A DNA stretch of 64,000 nt from Antedon mediterranea. Its lineage: Eukaryota > Animalia > Echinodermata. Of the stretch, positions 30,101 through 42,100 are shown in pieces. Both the position numbers and the translations under genes were made by a program. The notes below the pieces were generated by a model, which saw nothing but the letters and a program-made list of their open reading frames with translations, had not been told where the DNA came from and did not search any database. The stretch is taken from contig NC_092679.1 in NCBI RefSeq assembly GCF_964355755.1, positions 16,661,432-16,725,431 on the forward strand, in the 5' to 3' direction. How positions within the stretch are numbered: the first letter of the stretch is position 1; each line of letters opens with the position of its first letter.

Positions 30101-33100
30101 ATATGACCACATATATAACACATATCATATTAGTAGCCTACAATATCGATTTATGTTATTTCAATATCAAATCACATCATATCGCGTCACATCATATTAT
30201 GCACCGTGACATACAACTTTTCATCACATGATATATATTGTTTATATTAATTAGTTATCATACTTAATATCGTGTCAAAGATATTATCTTGTATGTCCAG
30301 CAAATTATCTTCGTCTGTGACATCATAAAGATGACACACATAGGCCCTACATCATTAGTTTGTGTTAAAACGCTCTTAATGCTATGATAACGGTTTATGA
30401 ACGCGTTGAATTGTCTTTTCCGGTTGATGTTTCTATCATTAATTAGTGTAATCTGGGTAATCAGGGAAGAGTTCACTCTTCACTTATGTAATTTAGAAGC
30501 TTTTAAATTGACATTAAAAAATTGAAACTAGACGCTTGCGTTCAAACTATATAATAAAGGCCAATTTACACAGACGCCGTAACGGTAGAAAAAATAATAT
30601 AGAATCTATATATGTTATTTCTACGACCATTTACACAAAGCGCGAAGTGGACGTACGGCCACCGGTTTCCGCTGAGCAGAGATACATATTCAACCTGTGT
30701 ACGTGGGACACAAGTTACCGTTACCGCTCGTCTGTGTGTAAATTGCGATATACGTTTTCAATCTCGGTACTGCCTATACATATAATTTGCAATTCGACAA
30801 AACCTCTGCTTAATGTTTCCCATCCATCCTTAGTTCGAATATTTAAATCTTTTCATTTCGATACTGTTTTTCTATCCAAATTATATTCACATCCGTAGTT
30901 CGTGTACATTCAATGTTTTTACCTCAATATTTTTTTTATTTCGATGTATGTTGACGAATTGTTTACATTACACAAAAATGAAACACGGTTTTAATGTTTT
31001 TTCATATCCTCAGTTCGTGAACGTTAAATGTTTTTTATTCAAATTTTTCTTTTATTCTAACTTTTAACTACCCTAAGAGACATTTTAACACATAGTTTGT
31101 GTGAATGTCTTAATTGCAAAAGACGTTGATGTGCCTTTGAAATACTTTGCACATACAAAGGTCGTTTACACGAGCCTCTAGTGTTACCGTAGGCGTCCAT
31201 CATAAATAAATTACAAATTTTGTAGATACTGATGTTCCTTTATTTATTCTCTGAACTATCTCTTGTATCTCTACAAATTACAGTATCATTAGCAACTTGA
31301 ATAAACACCGTGAAAACTATAATAAAACAAAGATTAGCATTACAATGTAGGCCTAATCATATCATCATCGTACAGGCAGACAAGCACAGGTCTGACTCAT
31401 GGGGCCGGGGAACATGGTACCCTAAGGCCTAGGGCTAGCTCTCAGCAATGAAGTAAAACTCAACTAATTAAAAATACAAGTCATAAGTTATAATTACAAT
31501 CACATGAATAACCATGTGTAAATACCTTGTAGCCTTATTGGAGCCTATGGTAAAGATACTTTTAACAATGATTATCTCTAAACTTTATGTCATAAAAAAT
31601 GTCTTATTCTCTCTTATCACTTTTTATCTATCTGAGCTCTAGAGGGCCTCCTGTAAGTAGGCTGCAGTTACACTCCCACCCAAATCATCTATGATTTAAC
31701 CTAAACTTCCACCCGTGCCAGAATAAACACAAGCAATGCAAAACTGGAAGTACCTTAACAATATTTACCAAAACTATTGAAAGAATAAGTTAACAGTTTG
31801 TATTTTCTAAAATCAAGGTTAGTTTATGAATTGGCCTTTCCAAATATGTTGCGCGTTTCAACCGTTTTCCATCATTATCGATATTTGTGTCTGCAACAAT
31901 TAACCTAACTTTTCTCACTAGTCCGTCCTCACTTGGCATTAATTCAGATATTCTGGCCAATTTCCAGTCTCCGCGTATCAAATGTTCTTCTTTTAGTAGT
32001 ACTATGTCTCCTATCTCAAGGTTTCGGCGTACTTGGTTCCACTTAGCTCTCGATTGAAGGTTGGTCAAATATTCCTTTTTCCATCTTGACCAAAATTCAT
32101 TGGCCAGAAACTGAACTCGACGCCATCTTCTTAATGCATATACGTCTTCCTTGACAAAGAACCCAGGCGGTGGAAAAACGATTTTCGATTTCATTGTGAG
32201 TAGCTGGTTCGGAGTTAAGGCTTCGGGTCCATGTGGATCATTTAGATTTTCGGTTGTTAGAGGTCTACTATTGACGATAGCCATCGTTTCGTACAGGAAT
32301 GTACGGAGAGACGTGCTATCTAATCTTGACTTGTATTGATTAAGAATGGAATAGAGAACGTTACGGATTGTTCTTATTTGTCTTTCCCAAATGCCTCCCA
32401 TATGACTGGCGGAAGGAACATTAGAAAAGAAGTTACAGTTTTGATCTGCTAGGAACTTTCGCACCTTATCTTCTTTAATCTCCTTAAAGGCCTTTGTGAG
32501 CTCATGTTGTGCTCCCATAAAGTTACTGCCTTGATCACAACGAAATTGACGAACATTGCCACGTATAGCAATGAAGCATCTAAGAGCGTTGATAAAGGCG
32601 TCTGTTGTCATGTCGTCGAGCATCTCTATATGAATGGCTCTTGATGCCATACATGTGAATAACAATCCATACCTTTTTAATTCTCTTCTTCCCTCCTTAA
32701 CCAAAAATGGTCCAAAACAGTCAAACCCAGTATATGTAAACGGAGGGGTTGGTTCCAATCTTTCATTTGGTAAGTTTGCCATTTTTTGGTCTTGATTACG
32801 CCCACGTAATTTTCTGCATTGAACACACTTGTAGATATGGCTTGATACAGCTGAACTTATTCCAACTATCCAAAATCCATTGGATCTAACTGCATTGGTC
32901 GTAAAGCCTCTTCCTTGATGGGCTGTTTTCTCATGGTAGTGTTTAATTATTAAATGTGTTACATGGCTTCTTTTTGGCAATATTGCAGGATGTTTAACAC
33001 CCATATCTAGAGAGGTGGCTCGTTTCAGGCGACCACCAACTCGCAGTAATCCGTCAACATCTATGTACGGGTCTAACTTCGCAAGATTGCCTGTGCACTT

Positions 33101-36100
33101 GGAAGATTGCCTGTAGAGTTGGTCGATGTCTTTTTTGAAGAACTTATGTTGGACCATTTTGATGATGGTCTTTTCAGCTTCGATTCTGTCTTCTACAGAG
33201 GTAATGGTATAATGATTTTTGGTTTTTCTTGTTTTGATGAATTTCTTAAGAGCGGCAACTCCTGTAACTGCTCTCTTATAATCGGAAAAACGTTCTACAC
33301 GATTTAGCAAGCAATTTTCTTCAGTGGAATTTATTGCAAGCACGCTAGCTTGGTTTACTTCCGGATCGTTGGAAGATACGTCAAATTTTTGATTATTTTC
33401 CACTATATTTCCGCATTTCCAAAGGAGTTTTGGTCCTTGAAACCAGTTGGATGTCTGTAAGTCCTTTGCTCCAAGACCTCTTGAAGCATGGTCGGCTGGA
33501 TTCTCATTCGTAGATATGTAGTTCCATTGTTCAGGATTTGTGGTATCTCTAATGCGTTGGACGCGATTAGCTACGTACACATGGAAACGTCTGGCTTCGT
33601 TTCTGACATAACCAAGTACTACCTTCGAGTCAGTCCAGAAGTAGTGTGCTGAATTTTTATATTCTAGTTCTTGATATAGAATGGTACTGACTTTTGTTGA
33701 CAACACCGCGGCTTGTAGCTCTAATCTTGGAATACTAACAACCTTTTTGGGTGCCACTCGGGCCTTTGCCATTATCAGCGCACAGTGAATCTCAGAGAAG
33801 TCATTTTCAAGTCTTATATACGAGCACTGCCCATAACCAGAATTACTTGCGTCGGAAAAGTGATGAAATTCGACCTTTCTTTGTTGGAAATCTTTTGGTT
33901 TGAAGCACCTATTAATCGTAATGGTGGCAAGCTTTGGAAGGTCTAATCTCCATTTCTCCCATTTTGGACGAAGCTCCTCGGAAAGTTTTTCGTCCCAGTC
34001 TGTTCCCTCCTTGCACACTTCTTGCAGTATTTGCTTACCCTTGAGTGTAAATGGGGCAAGAAGTCCAAGTGGGTCGAAAATTGATGCTACAGTGGATAGA
34101 ATTCCTCGGCGTGTCAATGGAGTGTCTTTCATGGTGATTCTAAATTGAAAGTTATCTGACTCGACGCACCATTGTATTCCAAGGGCCCTTTCAACTGGTA
34201 AGTCTTCGAATGATAGGTCTCGATCTACGGTTCCTTTAGCCTGTTCTGATTTTGGGATGGTAGACATAACGTCTCGTTGGTTGGAAATAAATTTATGTAG
34301 TCTAAGTGAGCCCTTTGCACACAGTTTTCTGGCATCTTCTATTAATTCAACTGCTTCAGGTACAGTTTCTACGCTCTTTAGACCATCGTCTACATAAAAG
34401 TTGTTCTTAATGAAGTTAACTGTCTCTGGTTTGTGTTGTTCGGCAAAGTGTTCCGCCATGTATTTTAGTCCGAAATTAGAGCAACCTGGTGAGGAAGCGG
34501 CTCCAAACAAGTGGACCTTCATTCTGTAATCTATGGGTTGCCTTTCGAGATTTCCATCTTCCCACCACAAGAAGCGTAGATAGTTTCTGTCATTCTGGTT
34601 AACATGAAACTGGTGAAACATCCTCTCTATATCACACATTATGGCTATGGGTTCTTGTCTAAATCTGCATAGTACACCTATGAGTGTGTTGTTTAGGTCT
34701 GGTCCAGTAAGAAGATGTTGATTCAAGGCTGTACCTTTGTAGTTAGCGGAGCAGTCAAAGACAACACGAATTTTGGTGGGTTTCTTAGGGTGGTAAATTC
34801 CGTGATGAGGTATGTACCATGCTGGCTCTTTTTGTATTTCATTTGCTGGTACTTTCTCGGCATCTCCATTTTGAAGTATTTCTGTCATAAATTTTTGATA
34901 ATCTTCAAAGTACTTCTCATTCGTCAGGAAACGTCGTTTTAGGTGGTTCAATCGATGCAGTACACAAATTCTGTTATTCGGTAATACTGGCCTCTTTTTA
35001 AAGGGTAATGGCATTTCGATATGTCGGTCTTCATTGATATGGACTTCCTTTTTTAGAGTATCCATAAACTGCATGTCTTCTTGAGAGAGAACTGTGTCTC
35101 TTGTAACTTTCTCCGTGAAGTCGTACTCCAAGGCTCTTATTGCATCTAATGGAGTAACTATTTCTTTAACAGCTGTTTTTAAGACATAGTGAACTTCTTT
35201 GGTTGGTTCCGATTTCAAATTAGATTCGTACGTTAAGTGTAGATCGTTTGGAATTTCCTTCACCATTACTCTATGACTGTGACCGATTTTATCTTGAGGA
35301 ACATAAGATGTCTCAGCTCCTCCTCCTACCACACTCCAACCCAATTGAGTTTTGATAGCGAATGGTTCATTTCCATTTCCTGAAATATGGTCTATGGGTG
35401 CCAGAGCCTGTGGAACGTTATACCCAATAAGCAACCCTATTTCACAGTTTTGTCTAGATGGTATCTGTTGACTTATCCTTTGTAGATGAGCATAACATCT
35501 CGTCTTTTCGGGTGTAGGAATATGTGATTGGTCAACTGGTATGTATTCTCTAGTATATGCCGTTGGTAGCTGAATTTTTGTTTCTTCAAAGAAACCTCTA
35601 ATCATTAGGTTGTTATACTTCTTGCAAGATACGACTTCCCTTTTAGACGTCATCGTAGTCAATCTTAGTGTTGCTGGTTCGCAACTTGCACCAATTTGGT
35701 TTGCAGTATCTTCTAGCACAAAGGTTGTGTCGGATTGTGTGTCTAATAGGGCATATACAAGATGTTCCTTTTCAGGTTTATGTTCATTGGATATCCAGAC
35801 GGGAACTATCATTGAAGACATTGTGTTGTTTGTGTTTCTGCGGACATTTTTGCAGTTTGAAGTCTTTACTGATTTTACCACTTCAGACTTAGCGTCACCA
35901 TTCGGCCGAGTCTCGGCGTCAATCTCGTTAGCCTGATCTCTCTCCTTTACATTTGAAGTCTTTACTGATTGTACTACTTCAGAATTAGCGTCAACATTCG
36001 GCTGTGTCGCGGCGTCAATCTCGTTAGCCGGATCTCTCTCCTTTACATGGAGACTTGTTGGATGTCTCCTTTGGCAAATTTTACAAATACTTTTCTGGTT

Positions 36101-39100
36101 ACAGTTCCTTGACACATGGCCATGTTGTAAGCAGCTGAAACATAGACCATTTTGCTTGATGTATTGCTGTTTTTCGGTATCGGGTTTTCTGGCAAACGCT
36201 CTGCAGTCAATTAGGTGATGGTTATTCATTTTACACATGAAGCATGATGGCATTCCACTGATACTGGTGGCTAGCGTTTGAGATTGGTTTCGATATCTTG
36301 AACTTTTCTCTGTGAATTTTGTTTCATTTTCTGGTATTAAGGTAACAGGATCGCAAACAATTTCAGCTTCGGTCGTCAAAAATGTGGAAAAGTCATTGAA
36401 TGTTGGATAACTACCCTTGATTTGCATAGCGCTCACTGCGTTTCTTCGCCATCTATTCACTAACCAATCTGGTAATTTTTGAAGAATTTTCCGGTTTTCT
36501 CTGCTGTCATTAAGAACTTCCAAGCCTTTCATTTCTCTCATTGCTATGTTGCATTGGTTCAGAAAGTCAGAGAGTCGCCTAAGGCCATTGTAATCTCTTG
36601 CTTGAATCCTTGGCCAGCTGTCTAATTTGTCTCTAAATGCTTCGGAAACTATAAATGGATTTCCATATCTTTTTTCTAAAACTGCTTTAGCGTTTTCATA
36701 AGCATGTTCACCTTGTAGCAGAAAGTATCCACTGACAACTTCCTTTGCTGGGCCTCCTATGTATCTCTTAAGGTAGTGAATTCTGTCTGCCTTAGAAATT
36801 CCTTTATTTTCGATTAAACATCTAAAGGATGCGTTCCAATCATAGTACTTAAGAGGATCGCCATCAAATATTGGTGGCTCTGGTGCTGGTATGCGGTTCA
36901 TACTGAAGGCTGAAGAAAAGGCTTCTGCTAAAGCGTTTAAGTCTGTGGTACTGCTAGATTGATTTTGAGGCATTGTCGATTGGGCTGTTGTTGCTTGTGT
37001 CTGTGTCATTAGAGGTTGAGGTTTGGTTAGGTTGCGAAACCTTAGTGCATGATCATTTGAGGTTTGGTGTGGGGTGGTCATAATTTCTCCATATCCGTTC
37101 TGAATTTCCTGTTGAATTGCATCAACTCGTGCATTCTCTACAGCTGCAGCTTGTTTAGCCTCTAAAACTTTGAACTCTGCTTCAGCTTTGGCATGTTCTG
37201 TTCTTTGCTGTGCTTCCCGCCTTATTTCTTCAAGCCTTGCTTCTGCTTTCTTAATTTCCATTTCCGCTTCCTTTGCTGTAAGGTCTGCTTTCTGTTTAGC
37301 CATTTTTTCAGCAAATTGAGCAGTTTTGTTGGCTGCAGCAGCATTCGCCACAGCTTGAGCTTTAATGCTAACAATAGATCGACATGAACTCCTTGATGCT
37401 GCAGATTTTGAGGCTTGACACTCCAGGGCTAATGCATGTGCCCTATCCATAGCGCTTGTTATACTAGCTTGGATGGAGTTGGTAATGGTGAGATATATGT
37501 TCTCATTCTCCAGGTGATCTTCGCGATGAATACCATCTCTATCTTGTGCATACAATTTATTCAATACGCACCAAGCATCACTATATTCCTTTAATGCAGC
37601 TTTAGCTTTGCATAATGCAGTTTGTATCTCAAATTCGTCGCTTGGAACATCTTCTAGTTCACTTGATGCTTCTTGAGCCTTTCTCTGAGTTTGAGTCAAC
37701 AGTTTTACTTCAGTAGCAATGCTAATTGACAGGGCCTTAGCTGTAGGGCGTCTCTCACTCTGTTCTCTTAGATTCATTGAGTTTTCATCAGCTAAGTTTT
37801 CACTGTTACCGTAGGCGTCCATCATAAATAAATTACAAATTTTGTAGATACTGATGTTCCTTTATTTATTCTCTGAACTATCTCTTGTATCTCTACAAAT
37901 TACAGTATCATTAGCAACTTGAATAAACACCGTGAAAACTATAATAAAACAAAGATTAGCATTACAATGTAGGCCTAATCATATCATCATCGTACAGGCA
38001 GACAAGCACAGGTCTGACTCATGGGGCCGGGGAACATGGTACCCTAAGGCCTAGGGCTAGCTCTCAGCAATGAAGTAAAACTCAACTAATTAAAAATACA
38101 AGTCATAAGTTATAATTACAATCACATGAATAACCATGTGTAAATACCTTGTAGCCTTATTGGAGCCTATGGTAAAGATACTTTTAACAATGATTATCTC
38201 TAAACTTTATGTCATAAAAAATGTCTTATTCTCTCTTATCACTTTTTATCTATCTGAGCTCTAGAGGGCCTCCTGTAAGTAGGCTGCAGTTACATCTAGA
38301 GAAAATTAATTGGCCATATCAAGACACGAAACAATATACTGAACTGTTTTATGGCCTACTCTGCACATGAACTCTAATGAACAGATAAAAACAATAAAAT
38401 ATGGTAGAAAGAGGAAAGGCTATTACGATTGCTAAAAATATATGTTGACAGTCTGTGTTGAAGTACAATGCATTATACACTACGTTTTTATATTGTAATA
38501 TATTGCTAAGATAACACCGTATAAAATACACATCTATCTCACAGTAATTGACATAGAGTATATGTATGTATACAGTAATGTTAAAGTGATAAGGTTGTAG
38601 CTTTGCATTACGCCGTTTTTACGTTAACTTTCAGATATCGTTTCCTATGTGATGTATATGTGTTAGGCGTAGGAAGTTATGTAATGTATATACACAGCAA
38701 ACAACAGCCTATTATTCGTTTCATTGGGAGGTGTCCCCTTAATAGGGGTGTCCACTGGCTGGCTGCTATAGTGTTAAAAACATATAGTCCCTCTTATTAG
38801 TTTAATTGGGAAGTGTCCCCTTAATAGAAGTGTCCACTCTGGCTGCTATAGTGTTAAAAACATATAGCCTATTATTCGTTTCATTGGGAGGTGTCCCCTT
38901 AATAGAAGTGTCCACTGGCTGGCTGCTATAGTGTTAAAAACATATAGTCCCCTTATTCGTTTAATTGGGAAGTGTCCCCTTAATAGAAGTGTCCACTGGC
39001 TGGCTGCTATAGTGTTAAAAACGTATAGTCCCCTTATTCGTTTAATTGGAAAGTGTCCCCTTAATAGAAGTGTCCACTGGCTGGCTATAGTGTTAAAAAC

Positions 39101-42100
39101 ATATAGCCTATTATTCGTTTCATTGGGAAGTGTCCCCTTAATAGAAGTGTCCACTGGCTGGCTGCTATAGTGTTAAAAACATATAGTCCCCTTAAACGTA
39201 TCATTGGAAAGTGCACCCTTCATAGGGTGTCCACTGGCTGTAGTGTTAAAAACATAATAGTTACCATTTGTGACTGTAACCGTATTCAAAACTATGCATA
39301 GGCCTATACTATTAAAGAAAAGATATATTTTCATTTATTAACAAAAAATCCACAGACCCTCAACTTTCGTCTTTCTTTGAAAGCAGTCATTAAATTTTTA
39401 ATAAAATATACACACAGTTATTGTATATTTATAAAATAAAAATACTGTATAACATAGGACACAAAATAAAAAATATATTTGCATTCATTTGCACTATTGT
39501 ATTTACGATACACAGATAGTTAAAACAAACATTTAAACAGGCAATTTAAGAATGATATAAAATACCGTAACCAACGTGCTTTTCAACATTTTTTTTGCCA
39601 CACATGGCATGTCATAACATAACTTTAATAAATAATATTTAAGCTGGAATTTCGTTTTTAAACTGCACGCTCTGGTACACTTATGTAAAAAGAAACGATA
39701 AGTAAAGACTTACGTCAAGCCAATAATTAGTATACGATACAGTGCGCTTGTATTGAAAACAGACAGTCTTAAAAGTTCATCAACTTACCATCTGCATCAA
39801 ATTCATTGATCATATCTTGTAGTTCCTTATCCGAAGGGTTTTGCCCCATAGATCTCATTACCGTTCCCAGCTCTTTGGTCGTTATCGAACCATCTCCGTC
39901 TTTGTCGAATATCTCAAACGTTTCTCGTAGCTCTAATTGGAAGAATAAATCGAAACAAAACATTCTAATTATGTCAGTTCAGTGAAAGGATATCGCTTTA
40001 ATTAATCTTCTTCGACAATTGAAAGATTTCATCAAGAATTATGTCTCAAAAAGGCAGCTGGTAATAAAAAAAAGATTGGGATGGATGATGAGAACACAGT
40101 GAACGTTATTAGAATGATGAGGATGGAAATGATATGATAATGTCTGATTGTGAAGATAACAATGATTATGGTAATGGTGGTAATATGACGATGATGATAT
40201 TGAGGATGACGATATCTGATGATGACGGTGATGATAAAGTTGTTGAGGGTGATGATGATGTTTATGTGTTTATAATGATGACGTTGATGGTGGTATACGG
40301 ATGATGTTGTGATAATGATTATATGATGATAATGAAGATCATGATTGTGACGATGATGATGATGATGTGATAATGATTATTATGATGATATTGAAGATCA
40401 TGATTATGACGATGATTATGTTTTCATAATGATGATGATAATGAAGATCATGATTTTGACAATGATTATGTTGTGATAATGAAGATCATGATTGTGACGA
40501 TGATCATATTGTGATAAATGCTTATTATGATTATAATGAAGATCATGATTATGACGATGTGAGAATTATTATTATGATAATGAAGATCATGACCATGACG
40601 ATGATTATGTTGTGACAATGAATATTATGATGATAATATGGTTGTGACGATGATTTTAGTAATTATGATGATGGTAGGAAGACGTTGGCTGTGATAATGA
40701 CGATGGTGATAATGATAATGGTAATAGCTCGAAGATGTTATTGATAATTATGGTGATATTGATAATGGTGATTTTGGGTTAATGATATTATAACTGATGC
40801 TGATCAAGATTTAAGTATTAATTTAAAACAGTGCTAATAATATAAAGATAATAGTAGAAATCACTTACGTTCGAGTTCGAGTTTCGATAGTGACAGGTCC
40901 TCCTATAAGAAAGAAAAATATACCACACGTTATTTGATATACAGTCGAACCTATACTGTGACCCCTTAATAGGGGTGTCCCTTAAATAGGGTAGGGCTGA
41001 AACAACAACTCCCGTTTCGTTTCACGGAAAGGTATCCCTTACAATACGGTATTGCTTAAGTACGGAGTATTTTATAGAACCCAAATCGGGGAAAGCAAAC
41101 TAATTGTTAATATTTAACATTCAATTTTAAAGCCCGTAAGGCGCAATATTCGTTGTACTCTTTGTATGATTAATATACTGAATACTGAATACTGAAATGC
41201 TTTATTTGTCCATCATCATCATAAAATAACAACAGAAATTCTTCTTGAAGATTGACAATTATTCGTAAAATAATAAATAGATATACAATATAATATATTA
41301 TGTACACACACATAATTGCACAAAAAAAATATAAGTTATGAAACACGGTGTAAAAATGACTAGGTATTAAAATTGAATATATTATTTTAAGAAAAGTCCT
41401 ATCGCAGTACAACTATACTGTAGGCCTACAATTATTCATGGCATGGTATACTTGTTAGGCTTATGCTAATTTTTAGTATTATCCCAAATATAGGTAAGTA
41501 TGGCCTGTATAGGTCACCAATACAGTTTTAATTATTTCTATCATATCCATCAATATTTGAATCATAATTGAATGACAGAAATTAATCCTTTATTACACGC
41601 ATAAAACCTGTTCGTTCTTTAAAAAAAACTATTGCAAATCAATGCCCCGTCAGACAAACGACTGAATCACGAAGTGTTGTTATTGAATATCAGTTACACA
41701 GCTTCCTAATTCCATCACAGTAGAAAATTATGAAAAATTGAAACAGTGACGTCACTAAAGTTGATTTGATGACGTCATAGAACTGATACTTCTCAACACA
41801 AAAGTATATATTCCAAATTAATAAAAACATGATGGTCTACAGTTACCGTACGTTGTTTGTTTATTGTGTGCTAATGTTTATTAGGACAAATGGCCTATAT
41901 ACGTTTCTTATAATATAGAATAAATAAAAAATAAGTGAATTATTTTATGTTTACGTCAAGTAAAATAAGTCGATTGTCGATGGCAAACGTCAGCGAGTGC
42001 CGTCGTACAATTAGTGTTTTTTGTACTACCGCGAGTTTTAGAATTTTCATTTACAGAAAAGGTTTTATAAATATCATTATATAAAAAAGATAACACTGTA

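Larger units (their letters stand above)
31182..38294 (-). mobile_element. Full-length BEL/Pao LTR retrotransposon (7113 bp) in an intron of the calmodulin-like gene
   Basis: Two 491-bp TG...CA LTRs, a 5-bp target duplication TCTAG (31177-31181 and 38295-38299), a purine-rich PPT gggtgggag (31681-31673) next to the 3' LTR, and an intact gag-pol ORF. Confidence 0.97.

Noticed and set aside
32151-37387. Several short plus-strand ORFs inside the retrotransposon
   Set aside because: Antisense shadows of gag-pol with no recognisable motifs; no env-like ORF is present.
38846-39170. Repetitive ORFs of 102 and 79 aa
   Set aside because: Products of the 80-bp tandem array.
40085-40805. Possible Asp-rich biomineralisation protein
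   Set aside because: GAT-rich tract interrupted by stops, with no ORF of 60 aa or more; it is intronic low-complexity DNA.
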